From contig OZ245040.1 of NCBI GenBank assembly GCA_965224195.1, forward strand, positions 832,001 to 896,000: 64,000 nt of DNA, written 5' to 3'. Below the pieces are notes generated by a model. It did no database searches, had not been told where the DNA came from, and was given only the letters and a program-made list of their open reading frames with translations. Position numbers and translations under genes: made by a program. How positions within the stretch are numbered: position 1 is the stretch's first letter; each line of letters opens with the position of its first letter. Of the stretch, positions 36,795-47,731 are shown in pieces. This DNA comes from Nitrosopumilus sp. Lineage in GTDB: Archaea > Thermoproteota > Nitrososphaeria > Nitrososphaerales > Nitrosopumilaceae.

Positions 36795-38963
36795 TTATCC
36801 GTAGAATGATTTATCCCCTGACTTTGGTACCACGTTAGATATACTTTCCTTTACTGTATTGTACCATTGGTCTACTTCTTTTGTGATTGATGGTTTGACT
36901 TGTTTCAAACTATTTGCAAAGTCATGACTTGAAATCTTTGATGAATCATTTCTCATTGCTTCGACTGCAGCTTCTCTGCATAATGCTGCCAAATCTGCAC
37001 CTGAATAATTTTGAGTGGCTACTGCAATCTCTTTTAATTTCACATCACTTGCTAATGGCATTTTTTGTGTTAAAATTTTGATAATCTCTAATCTTCCTTT
37101 TTCATCTGGTGGACTTACATAAAGCACCAAATCTAGTCTTCCTGTTCTGAGTAAAGAATTGTCTAAAACATCTGGACGATTTGTAATTCCAATAACTACT
37201 ACTCTTGATGAAATACCTTCTTCAATTTCTGTTAGTAACTGACTTAGGATTGTTTCACCCGTTCCACCATCTCCTGATTTGGAACGTGCAATGGAATCTA
37301 ATTCATCAAATATTACTACACATGGAGATGCTGCTTTTGCTTTTCTAAAAATCTCTCTTATTGCTTTTTCAGATTCCCCTAACCATTTAGAAAGTATTTC
37401 TGGACCTCTAACTAAAACCATGTTTGCTCCAGTTTCAGTAGCTAAGGCTCGGGCAAGTAGAGTTTTACCACAACCTGGTGGACCATAAATCAAAGCTCCT
37501 TTTGGAGGTTTTATCCCCATCTTTGTAAATTTGGCTGGCTCTTTCATAGACATAATGAGATTATCTGAAAGTGATTTTTTGATATTATCCAGTCCTCCAA
37601 CATCTTTCCACCATACTTTTGATCTTTCAACATAGAATTCTCTCATAGCTGTAGGAACAACTTCTTGCATTGCGTCGTAAAAGTCGATTAGTTTGATCTG
37701 CATTGATTGTAGTACTTCAGAAGGGATTTTTTCTGTTTCAAGATCAATCTCTGGAAGATATCTTCTGATTGATTTTAGAGCAGCTTCTCTACAAAGTGAT
37801 TTGATATCTGCGCCAGTATACCCGTGTAATTCTGATGATAAATCTTTAAGATCAATATCATCGCTGATTGGCATTCCTCTGGTATGAATTTCAAGAATCT
37901 CTAATCTTCCATCTTCATTTGGGACTGAAATCTCAAATTCCCTATCAAATCTTCCTGGCCTTCTAAGGGCAGGATCTACACTATCTGGTCTGTTTGTAGC
38001 TCCTAGAACAATTACATTTCCTCTATCATTAAGACCATCCATTAATGCTAATAGTTGAGCAACCACTCTTTTTTCTACATCTCCATATGCTTCTTCTCTT
38101 TTTGGTGCAATGGCATCAATTTCATCTATGAAAATAATGCTTGGGGAATTATCTTTTGCTTCTTTGAAAATATCTCTTAGTTTAGCTTCTGTTTCTCCAT
38201 AATATTTGTTCATTATTTCTGGACCATTGATTGGAAACATGTTTGCTTCTGATTCACTTGCCATAACTTTTGCAAGTAGAGTTTTACCACAACCTGGTGG
38301 GCCATAAAGTAAAATTCCACTATGTGGTTCGATTCCCAATCTTACAAATAATTCTGGATGTTTTAATGGAAGTTCAACAATTTCTCTCATTGCTTTTATT
38401 TCACGTCTTAACCCACCGACTTCTTCGTATGTTACTCTGACTTTTCTGTCAATTGAGGTTTCTGTTGAAATATTCAAATTTGTGGTACGGTCAATTTTGA
38501 CGACTCCTTTTGGAGTTGTCTTTGAAATTTTAAAATCCATAGAGTTTCCTAAAATCATAACTGAAATTTCATCTCCATGATTTATTGGCAATCCCTTCAA
38601 TCTATTTTTAACAAAGTCTGTGAATTCTTTGTCAACTGTAACTGAATCATTTACTGGTGTTAATGAAACTGTTTTTGCAAATTTTGATGTGACTTTTCTA
38701 ATTTTTACAAAATCATTTAATGATGCACCAACATTTTTTCTTGTTTGTCCATCTATTCGAATAATATCTGGCAATTTTTCGTCTTCATCAACTGGCCAGA
38801 CCACTGCACAACTAGATCTTGAACCCATCACTTCAATAATATCGCCTGGTGTAACTTTAAGAAAATCCATTGCTTCAGGACCAATTCGAGCACGTTTCTT
38901 TCCTACGTCTCGTTGCTTTGCTTCTCCAATTCTCATTTGCAAAGGCTCTTCTTTGCGTGCCAA
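36795..38963 (-). CDS. cdc48: CDC48/VCP AAA+ ATPase
   Basis: N-domain plus two GPPGCGKT AAA modules; ALRRPGRFD. Confidence 0.95.
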   Translation of the reverse strand: MARKEEPLQMRIGEAKQRDVGKKRARIGPEAMDFLKVTPGDIIEVMGSRSSCAVVWPVDEDEKLPDIIRIDGQTRKNVGASLNDFVKIRKVTSKFAKTVSLTPVNDSVTVDKEFTDFVKNRLKGLPINHGDEISVMILGNSMDFKISKTTPKGVVKIDRTTNLNISTETSIDRKVRVTYEEVGGLRREIKAMREIVELPLKHPELFVRLGIEPHSGILLYGPPGCGKTLLAKVMASESEANMFPINGPEIMNKYYGETEAKLRDIFKEAKDNSPSIIFIDEIDAIAPKREEAYGDVEKRVVAQLLALMDGLNDRGNVIVLGATNRPDSVDPALRRPGRFDREFEISVPNEDGRLEILEIHTRGMPISDDIDLKDLSSELHGYTGADIKSLCREAALKSIRRYLPEIDLETEKIPSEVLQSMQIKLIDFYDAMQEVVPTAMREFYVERSKVWWKDVGGLDNIKKSLSDNLIMSMKEPAKFTKMGIKPPKGALIYGPPGCGKTLLARALATETGANMVLVRGPEILSKWLGESEKAIREIFRKAKAASPCVVIFDELDSIARSKSGDGGTGETILSQLLTEIEEGISSRVVVIGITNRPDVLDNSLLRTGRLDLVLYVSPPDEKGRLEIIKILTQKMPLASDVKLKEIAVATQNYSGADLAALCREAAVEAMRNDSSKISSHDFANSLKQVKPSITKEVDQWYNTVKESISNVVPKSGDKSFYG

Positions 38964-38971
38964 AAAATCAC

Positions 38972-39253
38972 CTATTTCATGTCAACTGACATTCTACTCA
39001 TATTGAGAACTTCAAACTCACTTACTCCGTCAGTTGATCTTATTGCGTTCTCTAGAGCATCACTTTGACCTTCTTTATCTTCCAGAACAAATTCTGCCTT
39101 GATGCATTCTAAACCAAATGCTAATGGTTCTTTTGCATGTCTTTTCATTGACATTCCTTCTGGTAATGAAGTTTTAATGGTCTCAGCCAATTTATCTAAA
39201 TCCACTTCCATTCCTTTGGGAAGAATTTTTGTTATGAATAATAATTGAGTCAT
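38972..39253 (-). CDS. ef1b: Translation elongation factor aEF-1beta
   Basis: KILP, EPLAFGL, DALE, GVSEFEV. Confidence 0.9.
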   Translation of the reverse strand: MTQLLFITKILPKGMEVDLDKLAETIKTSLPEGMSMKRHAKEPLAFGLECIKAEFVLEDKEGQSDALENAIRSTDGVSEFEVLNMSRMSVDMK

Positions 39254-39256
39254 TTT

Positions 39257-39439
39257 CTAAGGTCCCTGAAAATTACATGAGGAACAAGTATAGTTTCTTG
39301 CTGCTTCTCTGCAACTTTGACATCTCCAAATTAAATCTGCACCACAATTAGGGCAATTGAATTTTACACATTTATCATTAGGCATAATTGGTCTTTGACA
39401 GCAACTACATGTTGGTAACGATATGGTAGATGATGACAT
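39257..39439 (-). CDS. Zn-ribbon RNA-binding protein (DUF1610/HVO_2753 family)
   Basis: Four CxxC pairs, F.CPNCG, C-terminal FQGP; upstream of EF-1beta. Confidence 0.88.
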   Translation of the reverse strand: MSSSTISLPTCSCCQRPIMPNDKCVKFNCPNCGADLIWRCQSCREAARNYTCSSCNFQGP

Positions 39440-39492
39440 ACCCCAATTTTCTGTAAACATCATTTATACCTTCCTTAGAAATTATACGAATT

Positions 39493-40629
39493 CTAACCAA
39501 GTAATTTTTTGATTTCTCCACCAATTAGAGTTTGAGCTGTTTTAATTGAGCCTTTTAATCCTAGTAATTTTACAATTGACCCCGTATGAAAATCAAAATC
39601 ATCTTTTTCTGAAATCTCTTTTATGATTTCTGGAGTGATCGTCTCAAATAATTTGTTAATTGTATTGTTATCTATTCTTTCTAAAATCTTTCTAGCTAAC
39701 AATTGTTTTTCAAATTCTTTACCGAATCTATCAATCCATCTTTTTTGATATTGTTCTAAATCTTCTTTCTTGTTTGTTTTTAAAAATTTTGATATTGCTT
39801 GTCCTGCATACACTCCACCCATCCCACTAGTGAATATTCCTCCAGCTGTTGTTGGTTTTGCTTGCCCAGCTGCATCACCTATGATCACAGTATTACCTTC
39901 TACAAAATTTTTGATAGGCCCTTTAATCCAAATTGGAGCAAAGATTTTTCTAATTGTTGAAAATTTTCCTTTCTCTTTGAGAATATTCTCTAAGGTCTCT
40001 GATACTTTAATTCCTCTTCCAGCAATTCCTACTTTTCCTTTGCCTTCTCCTGATGGGATTATCCATGCAAAGAATCCTGGATATTTTTCTTGATCAAAAA
40101 TTACTTCTACTTTCCCTTTTTTTATCCAGTTCGCATAAATTTCGTATTGTGCTGATGATAAAATCCCGGTTCTATCTTTATAGATTAATGATGACACTCC
40201 ACGTGCATCAACAAAAATTTTACAGTCGATTTTTTCTTCACTAGTTCTAACTCCTGTATCTGTAATTTCTTGAAAACTTGTCCTAACTTTAATTTCTGCA
40301 CCATTTTTTTGAGCTTGGAAAGCAATTTGCTTATCTAATTCTCTTCTGCTAATCTCAATAACTTTTTGTTTCTTTGAATTAATTGTAAAACTATCTCCAT
40401 TTGGAGACATAATTTCAGCTGAGTCTATCATATGATCAAAAGTTTTTCTAAATGGTATCACTCCTAGTTCTGCTAATCCTGCTATGCTTACTAGACCTCC
40501 ACAATGTTCGGGAGTTCCTATCTCATAATCTTCCTCAATTACCAAAACTGAAAATCCATTTGAGGATATTTCTCTGGCACATAGTAATCCTGCAACACTT
40601 CCTCCAGCAATTACTACGTCATAGCTCAT
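39493..40629 (-). CDS. Geranylgeranyl reductase-family FAD oxidoreductase
   Basis: YDVVIAGGSVAG, HCGG, R..LD, IGDAAGQAKPTTAGGI. Confidence 0.88.
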   Translation of the reverse strand: MSYDVVIAGGSVAGLLCAREISSNGFSVLVIEEDYEIGTPEHCGGLVSIAGLAELGVIPFRKTFDHMIDSAEIMSPNGDSFTINSKKQKVIEISRRELDKQIAFQAQKNGAEIKVRTSFQEITDTGVRTSEEKIDCKIFVDARGVSSLIYKDRTGILSSAQYEIYANWIKKGKVEVIFDQEKYPGFFAWIIPSGEGKGKVGIAGRGIKVSETLENILKEKGKFSTIRKIFAPIWIKGPIKNFVEGNTVIIGDAAGQAKPTTAGGIFTSGMGGVYAGQAISKFLKTNKKEDLEQYQKRWIDRFGKEFEKQLLARKILERIDNNTINKLFETITPEIIKEISEKDDFDFHTGSIVKLLGLKGSIKTAQTLIGGEIKKLLG

Positions 40630-40695
40630 AGATTTTGTTTATTTGTCAATTATTTAATTCAAAAGTTTTTCATTAAGCCTAACTTTGATTATTGT

Positions 40696-41049
40696 ATGGG
40701 TGATATCAAACAGGTGATAGCTGTAAGAACTGATCTTGACATGGGAAAAGGAAAGATTGCAGCTCAGGTGGGTCATGCTTGTGTTCTTGGTGCAGAACAT
40801 GTTAGAAAATCACACCCTGAATGGTATCGAGAATGGTGGGGAGGACAAGAAAAAGTGGTCGTTAAAGTTTCTGGAACTAAAGAATTACAAGAAGTGAAAA
40901 GAGGTGCAATTGAACTTAATCTACCTTGGTCTGAAGTATCTGATGCAGGTCATACTCAGTTAGCCCCTGGAACTACCACATGCATATCTATTGGACCTGC
41001 TCCTGAGAATTTAATTGATAAAATTACTGGGGATTTTAAATTACTATAA
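40696..41049 (+). CDS. pth2: Peptidyl-tRNA hydrolase Pth2
   Basis: RTDLDMGKGKIAAQVGHA, DAGHTQL, IGP. Confidence 0.95.
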   Translation: MGDIKQVIAVRTDLDMGKGKIAAQVGHACVLGAEHVRKSHPEWYREWWGGQEKVVVKVSGTKELQEVKRGAIELNLPWSEVSDAGHTQLAPGTTTCISIGPAPENLIDKITGDFKLL

Positions 41050-41099
41050 TTCCCATTTTCTTGGAATGAGATATAACAAGGTTCAATATTTTTTGTAAT

Positions 41100-42698
41100 A
41101 TGAAGAAGAAAGCAGTTGCAGTAACTATCTTTTTTGGATTCATTTTACTTTCATCAACTATAATGCTTGTACTACCTGGAATTGATCCTGGTACTGATAC
41201 TCCAGAACTTACTGTAACTGGAACACCTGCAGATAATTTCCCCGATGAACAACGTTCTCAATTTTGTGGTTCAAGTGATGCAAAGTCTACAGATTTTGTT
41301 CAAGAATTTTCAATTCCAACCTTGTGTACAAATCCTCTTGCAATTGTAACTGATTATGATGGAAACGTATGGTTTGCTGAAACTAATACTGGTAAAATTA
41401 CAAAATTTGATCCTATTTCTGAAACATTCACTGAATATGAAAATCCATTGTGGCCTCCAGGTGGACGTTCAATGATGTGGGGAATGGATTATGCTCCTGA
41501 TGGTTCTATATGGTATACTGACGAATCTTATGATTCTATATGGAAATTCTCAATTATTGATGAGACATATGATAGATTATCATATCCATCTGAAGGTGAT
41601 TCTTTACCTCAAAAACTTCTAGTTGATGGTTCTCAAATAATAATAAATGATTTTACTGGAAACAAACTCACATTTTTAGATCCTAATCAATCTGGTGAAG
41701 AAGTAAATTATCTTAGTATCCCATCCCCTACTGATAATTCTGTAACTGCAGACTTCGCAGTGGATGCAAATGACGATGTCTGGTACACTAATTGGTTATA
41801 TCAGCAAGGAGGAGTTTTAGTAAAATTTGATCAAAATGATTACCTTAACTCTGTTGCAAATTCTGGTAATCAATATCTTCCATTAACTGATTTTGTTGAA
41901 CTTTATCTGTTACCTGTCACACTTCTAACTCCTAATGGTATTACTGTGGCAGATGATGGTAATATTTGGATGGCTGATACAACATCTTCATCATTCTTTC
42001 ATTTTGATCCGATAACTGAGAACTTTGTACAATATGTAACATCTGATCCTATATTGAGCACATATGGTAATCAGACAGGCGTTGTAAAAACTCCAATATC
42101 CAGACCCTATTGGATTGAATCTGATGATCAAGGTAGAATTATTTTCAATGAACAAACTGCAAATAATATTTCTGTAATGGATCCAAAGTCTCAATCTCTT
42201 GTTGAATATCATATTCCTTCAAAGAATCCTAACTGGGCTGATTGTGATCCTGGAACAGGTATGATGTTGGCTGATTGTGGTGTTGCTCAAATCTTTGATT
42301 TCACTGTTGATGGTGAAAAAATCTGGTTCACTGAATGGGCAGAAAATAACATTGGGGTAGTTGATACATCTATTTCATTACCTTTGGAAATACAACTAAT
42401 ATCAACTTCTTTAACAACTACGCCTGGAAATTCAAAGCCAATTGACTTTGTAGTGTCATCTTTATCTCAAAAAGACCTACTTGATGTTTCATTAATTTTA
42501 TCTTCAACACATGATTTTTTAAATATTGGATTAGTTGATTCACCTGAAACATTCCAACTTGATTTTGATGCCCCTCGTCCGATCTCTCTTATCATTAATA
42601 CTACTGAAGATGCAATTCCTGGTACATACAAAGTTCTACTTGGTGCACAATTATCTGATGTTGCAATTAGCAAATATGTAACAGTGACAATAGAGTGA
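41100..42698 (+). CDS. Exported beta-propeller (Vgb/streptogramin lyase-like)
   Basis: Repeated DG.VWF/IW...KI.KFDP...F.EY blades; signal anchor. Confidence 0.8.
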   Translation: MKKKAVAVTIFFGFILLSSTIMLVLPGIDPGTDTPELTVTGTPADNFPDEQRSQFCGSSDAKSTDFVQEFSIPTLCTNPLAIVTDYDGNVWFAETNTGKITKFDPISETFTEYENPLWPPGGRSMMWGMDYAPDGSIWYTDESYDSIWKFSIIDETYDRLSYPSEGDSLPQKLLVDGSQIIINDFTGNKLTFLDPNQSGEEVNYLSIPSPTDNSVTADFAVDANDDVWYTNWLYQQGGVLVKFDQNDYLNSVANSGNQYLPLTDFVELYLLPVTLLTPNGITVADDGNIWMADTTSSSFFHFDPITENFVQYVTSDPILSTYGNQTGVVKTPISRPYWIESDDQGRIIFNEQTANNISVMDPKSQSLVEYHIPSKNPNWADCDPGTGMMLADCGVAQIFDFTVDGEKIWFTEWAENNIGVVDTSISLPLEIQLISTSLTTTPGNSKPIDFVVSSLSQKDLLDVSLILSSTHDFLNIGLVDSPETFQLDFDAPRPISLIINTTEDAIPGTYKVLLGAQLSDVAISKYVTVTIE

Positions 42699-43891
42699 TA
42701 CCTGACTTAGATTCACAAATTGGGATTTCAGTTTACAATACTAAATTCCCTGGTATAGGGGGTAAGATCCGAGTTGAACCTGAAGATTTCCAAGTTAGTG
42801 AATTAATTTCTGAAAAATCTAAAAAATCAATTAATGATCAACATGGATATGCTGTGTATAAATTAAAAAAGAAAAAAATTGACACCAATCATGCACTATC
42901 TGGGATTTTTAGACAAAAAGGTATCCGATTAAAATCTCTTGGATTAAAAGATGCATCCGCAGTTACAGAACAATTTGTTTGCTCTGGAAATAAGGGAAAA
43001 CCTATAGAAAATTTTTCTAGTGATAAATATTCTCTAGAGCACTTAGGTTTTGTAAAAAAACCGTTATCAAAAAAAGATATGATTGGAAATCATTTTAAAT
43101 TAAAAATCTCTGACTATAAAAATAAATTAGAATCTTTTACAGAATATGATAAAATTCTTAATTTTTATGGTTATCAGAGGTTTGGCTCTAAAAGACCAGT
43201 CACTCATCTGATTGGTAAGTCCATTTTACAGCAAGATTTTGAGAAAACTGTTGATTTGATATTATCATTTACCTCTTTGTATGATTCTAAGGAAAATACT
43301 GAAATCCGTCAAAAATTATCTGATAAGGCCAACTATCAGCAATATTTTGATCAGGTTCCACTTCAAATGGATATTGAAAGAATTGTTTTAAAGGAAATGA
43401 TAGAACATGGAGAGCCAATTCGTGCAATCAGGGCAATTCCTGTTTCATTAAGACGGTTTTATATTCAAGCATACCAATCTTTTATTTTCAATCAATCACT
43501 AAGTGCTGCATTTTTAGATGGTGAGGATCTTTTTGAAGCACAAACAGGAGATGTTTGTTTTGATGATCATGCTATTATTGGAAAATATGTTAAAGGCATG
43601 GATCAAAATTTAGCATTACCATTTGTTGGTTATTCATACTACAAAAAAACACGGTTTGATTTTCAAATTTCAAAAATCCTTCAACAGGAAGAAATTTTCC
43701 CAAAAGATTTCTTCATTAAAGAAATGCAAGAAGCAAGTAGTGAGGGTGGGTTTAGACAAGCTGCAATACAATGCTCAGATTATTCTGCACATGATGATAT
43801 TGTAGAATTTTCATTATCTAGAGGATCTTTTGCAACTATTTTGTTACGAGAGATAATGAAACCTCAAGATCCTATAATTGCAGGTTTTTAA
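42695..43891 (+). CDS. truD: tRNA pseudouridine(13) synthase
   Basis: PEDFQVSE, GLKD..AVTEQ, GNHF, NFYGYQRFG, FSLSRGSFAT. Confidence 0.93.
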   Translation: MIPDLDSQIGISVYNTKFPGIGGKIRVEPEDFQVSELISEKSKKSINDQHGYAVYKLKKKKIDTNHALSGIFRQKGIRLKSLGLKDASAVTEQFVCSGNKGKPIENFSSDKYSLEHLGFVKKPLSKKDMIGNHFKLKISDYKNKLESFTEYDKILNFYGYQRFGSKRPVTHLIGKSILQQDFEKTVDLILSFTSLYDSKENTEIRQKLSDKANYQQYFDQVPLQMDIERIVLKEMIEHGEPIRAIRAIPVSLRRFYIQAYQSFIFNQSLSAAFLDGEDLFEAQTGDVCFDDHAIIGKYVKGMDQNLALPFVGYSYYKKTRFDFQISKILQQEEIFPKDFFIKEMQEASSEGGFRQAAIQCSDYSAHDDIVEFSLSRGSFATILLREIMKPQDPIIAGF

Positions 43892-43960
43892 GATCTGTTT
43901 TAAAAATATAATTTTTTAGATGTCTTTAAGTTGGTGTGTTTTTAAGAAAATATGATTTAA

Positions 43961-44191
43961 TTGGAAAAAGCATACATGTTGATTAGCTGTGAGATTGGAG
44001 AAGAACAATCAATATATTCACAATTAAAAGAAATTCCTGAAATCAAAAGTTGTTTGATCACTTATGGGAGTTATGATGTTGTAGCTGAATTTGTAACTGA
44101 TTCTGCTTCACAAATAAATGAAATAATTATATCTAAAATCCGAAAATTGCCTAAAATTAGAAGTACAATTACTCTTCGTGTTACAAATTAA
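43961..44191 (+). CDS. Stand-alone Lrp/AsnC ligand-binding (RAM) domain
   Basis: AYMLI.C..G, YGSYDVVA, IRK...RSTITL. Confidence 0.85.
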   Translation: MEKAYMLISCEIGEEQSIYSQLKEIPEIKSCLITYGSYDVVAEFVTDSASQINEIIISKIRKLPKIRSTITLRVTN

Positions 44192-44391
44192 TTTTTTTTG
44201 AGAATTACAAATCCGATACTCAAAATGATTATTCCTGCAACCATTATCTGCAAGCCATTACTTACCCATTCTGGGTTTGCATACATGAATGATGATTCTG
44301 GTCCCACTATTGATTGACCTTGAAGATGAAAAATCAAACCAAATATTCCTATAATAATCCCAATTATTGTAAGGATTTTTCCACCTTTCAT
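44188..44391 (-). CDS. Small 2-TM membrane protein
   Basis: MKGGKIL...LQGQSIVGPESSFMY..PEW; ATG 44391 preferred to track start 44502. Confidence 0.7.
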   Translation of the reverse strand: MKGGKILTIIGIIIGIFGLIFHLQGQSIVGPESSFMYANPEWVSNGLQIMVAGIIILSIGFVILKKN

Positions 44392-44494
44392 GACCTTTTT
44401 TCTTAATTCTACTAAAAAAGGGTAAAGAGAATTGATAATTTGAGTAAATGATTTTTGGATTTGGTTTTTAATTATTTTCTTTTGAATCAATAAA

Positions 44495-45181
44495 GTGTCC
44501 AACTGGAATGATTACCAAGAATCAAGTGTGCGTAGTCATATGGGGCTAATTTTATTTGCAGTCTCTGCCTCTCTTGCTGTCCTTTTGTTTCTGATTTTTC
44601 ATCCTCAAATTGAAACGATTAACAAAGAATCCCCAATTCTTATCAACATCATGTTTTTCCCTGCTATGGCTGTAGGCTTTCTTTATGGAATTAGAATCAC
44701 TGAAAGGGCTGTAAAACCGTCAGAAATCCGTAGCCCTGTAAAAAGATCAATTATCAAATTATTCTTGTTCTTTTTTGTAATTGGTGGAATGTTTAGTTCT
44801 GTAAATTTTGCAATTAATGGTGGTAGTATAATGCCTGATATGGAAATATTGGATGAGGGATTGTTGCCTTGGATCAACAATTTCATCACTGCAAACGGTG
44901 GTGCAACTTTCCTGATTATCACAAGTATTGGTTTGATGGCAGCTGCCACTAAACGAATTGTTGGAATGAATACTGGAATAGTAAATAGAATGGTTACATT
45001 TGTTGGGACGTTTGTATTTTTTACAATGCTTGTGTTGAGTTTTACAAAATCTGATCCTACATCATCTGGAGTTTTCTTGTATACATTTTATCAAGCTGGG
45101 ATTGTGGGTGGAGCATTTTTTGCTATGAATCGTCTCACTAAAAATCAAAACATGGTAGAAGATTTTACAAATGGATACTAG
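44495..45181 (+). CDS. Multi-pass membrane protein
   Basis: About 6 hydrophobic helices. Confidence 0.75.
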   Translation: MSNWNDYQESSVRSHMGLILFAVSASLAVLLFLIFHPQIETINKESPILINIMFFPAMAVGFLYGIRITERAVKPSEIRSPVKRSIIKLFLFFFVIGGMFSSVNFAINGGSIMPDMEILDEGLLPWINNFITANGGATFLIITSIGLMAAATKRIVGMNTGIVNRMVTFVGTFVFFTMLVLSFTKSDPTSSGVFLYTFYQAGIVGGAFFAMNRLTKNQNMVEDFTNGY

Positions 45182-45182
45182 A

Positions 45183-45437
45183 TTATTTCCATTTTGATGG
45201 ATCTACATAAATTCCTGATGCTTCATTGTTAATTCGCTCTCTGTATTTTATACAATCATCTGGTACAAAATCATTTGATTTACATTCGTCAAATTGAGCA
45301 GTATTATCTCTTGAAATATTATCTGCAAATAACACATCATCTGCGGTAAAGAGTGCAATGAGGCCTATTGCTGCTAAGCTAGCTGATACTAAAATCATTG
45401 AGTATCCTACTTGAGCATAATTGTGAGGTTCTTTCAT
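45183..45437 (-). CDS. Small membrane-anchored protein
   Basis: N-terminal TM and a Cys pair. Confidence 0.7.
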   Translation of the reverse strand: MKEPHNYAQVGYSMILVSASLAAIGLIALFTADDVLFADNISRDNTAQFDECKSNDFVPDDCIKYRERINNEASGIYVDPSKWK

Positions 45438-45557
45438 TTACGTGGAATCCATAACTCTCGAATTTAATCTTTTCAAGTTGAGATTTTGCGATCAAATTAT
45501 TAGCAATAGGGATTTTTTTGGGAAAAGCTGAAAAGAAAGTACTAGAAATTATCTTCA

Positions 45558-46058
45558 TTGAGTATTCAAATTCTACAATACGAGTTTCTTGGACCTATTC
45601 CTCTTGACGAATGGGGTCCTCCAATGGAAAAATTGGTCTACCTGATTCTTTCTAGAGATAAAGACAATTTCAATATTGTATATGTGGGCGATTGTGAAAA
45701 GACTGAAGATACATCATTTTTTATCAAACATTCTCAATACAAATGCTGGATTGAACATTCAGGCTCTGAAAAATCATTACATTTAGCAATCTTACCCCTT
45801 TTTGAATCTGATATTAAGCGTAGAAAAATTGTATTTCAAAAGATAATTGATCATTACAAACCTCTTTGCAATTCTGTAGATGTTTCAGAATCAAAATCTG
45901 ATTACGTAGTACGAAAATCTGAAGAAGCAAATACAGAATTAGAAAAAATTACTTGCCTTTGTTGTGGAGCTGAAATGAAACCTGAAAAACTTCTTGAAAA
46001 ATCTACTCTTTTTAGATGTACAGGCTGTGGGCTAAGTGACACTAAGATGAATTGTTAA
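45558..46058 (+). CDS. GIY-YIG-like domain plus C-terminal Zn ribbon
   Basis: LVYLIL...IVYVG; C.CCG...FRCTGCG. Confidence 0.55.
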   Translation: MSIQILQYEFLGPIPLDEWGPPMEKLVYLILSRDKDNFNIVYVGDCEKTEDTSFFIKHSQYKCWIEHSGSEKSLHLAILPLFESDIKRRKIVFQKIIDHYKPLCNSVDVSESKSDYVVRKSEEANTELEKITCLCCGAEMKPEKLLEKSTLFRCTGCGLSDTKMNC

Positions 46059-46281
46059 TTTTATTTTGAACATCAAATAATTGTAAAGTTAACAAATCAA
46101 TAGCTTTTTTCAAATGTTGAAATTCATTTATTGAATGCATTTGACCTTCCACAAGAGCTCTTTGAACTTTAATTGAATTTTTTTGGAAATCATCTGATGC
46201 AACAATTTCCATGGCGTTCAGTTTTGATAACAAATTATCTAAATCTTTAATCATCTCATCTGATGGTTTGTGTTTGTCCAT
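46042..46281 (-). CDS. Hypothetical helical protein
   Basis: 79-aa ORF with coiled-coil character. Confidence 0.65.
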   Translation of the reverse strand: MDKHKPSDEMIKDLDNLLSKLNAMEIVASDDFQKNSIKVQRALVEGQMHSINEFQHLKKAIDLLTLQLFDVQNKINNSS

Positions 46282-46313
46282 GATTTAATGAAATTATTTT
46301 AATATATGAATCG

Positions 46314-46466
46314 TTACAAAAGATCCTCATCAATTTCTTGAATAGGATCTAAATATTGTTGACATGTGCATGCTGGAATTTGACATTCTGCTGCCTTCAT
46401 AAGGGAACTACTATTTTCATTTTTACTATGTGCTTCATCTGTATGGTGGCATCTTTTACAATTCAT
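46314..46466 (-). CDS. 50-aa Cys/His zinc-finger-like microprotein (not in track)
   Basis: MNCKRCHHTDEAHSKNENSSSLMKAAECQIPACTCQQYLDPIQEIDEDLL. Confidence 0.75.
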   Translation of the reverse strand: MNCKRCHHTDEAHSKNENSSSLMKAAECQIPACTCQQYLDPIQEIDEDLL

Positions 46467-46502
46467 ATCAAAAACATTCTCTCCTAATATTTAAGCCAAG
46501 AA

Positions 46503-47537
46503 TTAAGGAATTAAAACAGCTCTTGCTTCAATTTCAGAATCTTTTAATTTTTTGAGTGCTTCATTTGCTTGTTCTAATGGAAAGATTTGCGAAATAACTT
46601 CAATATTTTCTTCATCACATATCTTGATTACTTGTTCCATGTCTTTTGTAGAACCAATCAGAGTTCCACGAATTGTTTTTTCCTCAAATGGCATAAATGA
46701 TGGGTTCTCCCCAACAGTTGCAATCACGATTAATCCTCCTTTCTTTACTGATTTTATTGCAGTATCTGTGACTATGTCTGCCGGAGCAAATACTATGGCT
46801 GCATCTAAGGTACCGTGTTTTTCTTTTAATGCATCTAGAAACTCTTGTTGATTTTTAGAAAATACCATTACATCTGCGGCCCCTAATTTTTTAGCAACAT
46901 CAAGATGTTTCTGTGATCTTGAAAATGCAATGACTTCACAATTTTCTACTTTAGCAAACTGAATTGCCATATGTCCCACACCTCCAATTCCAAAAATTCC
47001 AATTTTTTTACTTTGTTTTGGTTCTGCAGCCTTTACTGCCTTGTATGCTGTAATGCCTGCACAAAATAATGGTGCGGCGTATTCTGACTTCATGTTATTT
47101 GGTACTTTGGTTGCAAAATCTTCTACAACTGTAATGTATTCTGTATATCCTCCTTTGAAAGATTCTCCTGTTATTATTGATGATTCACAAAGGTATTCTT
47201 TCCCTTCTTTACAGTACTGACATTCTTTACATGCTTCTAGAAGAGGAGTTATTCCTGCTCTATCCCCAATTTTAAATTTAGTAACTTTATCTCCAATCTG
47301 AACTACTTTTCCAACCACTTCGTGACCTGGAACTGTTGGTAATACTGGTGGAATTCCAATGTCTTTCCAATCTCCCTCAATTCCATGAAGTTGTGAATGG
47401 CAAACACCACAAGCTTCTATTTTTAATAAAATTTCATTTGATCTTTTAATTTCATGTTTATCAATTTGTGTAAGTTTTAATGGGTTTGTTTCAATTTTAG
47501 CACATTCTGAAAGTACCATTGCACGCATTTTTTCCAT
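46503..47537 (-). CDS. Zn-dependent alcohol dehydrogenase
   Basis: ACGVCHS, PGHEVVG, C..C..C...C structural Zn, GIGGVG. Confidence 0.92.
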   Translation of the reverse strand: MEKMRAMVLSECAKIETNPLKLTQIDKHEIKRSNEILLKIEACGVCHSQLHGIEGDWKDIGIPPVLPTVPGHEVVGKVVQIGDKVTKFKIGDRAGITPLLEACKECQYCKEGKEYLCESSIITGESFKGGYTEYITVVEDFATKVPNNMKSEYAAPLFCAGITAYKAVKAAEPKQSKKIGIFGIGGVGHMAIQFAKVENCEVIAFSRSQKHLDVAKKLGAADVMVFSKNQQEFLDALKEKHGTLDAAIVFAPADIVTDTAIKSVKKGGLIVIATVGENPSFMPFEEKTIRGTLIGSTKDMEQVIKICDEENIEVISQIFPLEQANEALKKLKDSEIEARAVLIP

Positions 47538-47731
47538 AAATTCAATAATTCATCACGAAATTTTAACATTTGTAATTTTGATTATTAAATCCAACCATTG
47601 TTAAATTTCAAAAATTTAATTTGTAATCTCTGCATATGACAATTATTCTTAGACTCATATGGGATTATTTTTAGAATTTAGTATCCAGTGGGTGTTGAAA
47701 TTATCATCAATCTGATAAATCCAATGGTCAG

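Noticed and set aside
46314-46466. CKRCH as a c-type heme-binding motif
   Set aside because: No export signal, extra Cys/His fit a zinc finger, and AOA are not known to make c-type cytochromes
47690-47731. Possible C/D sRNA (gtgttga...ctga)
   Set aside because: Boxes degenerate, no second D box at proper spacing and no terminal stem
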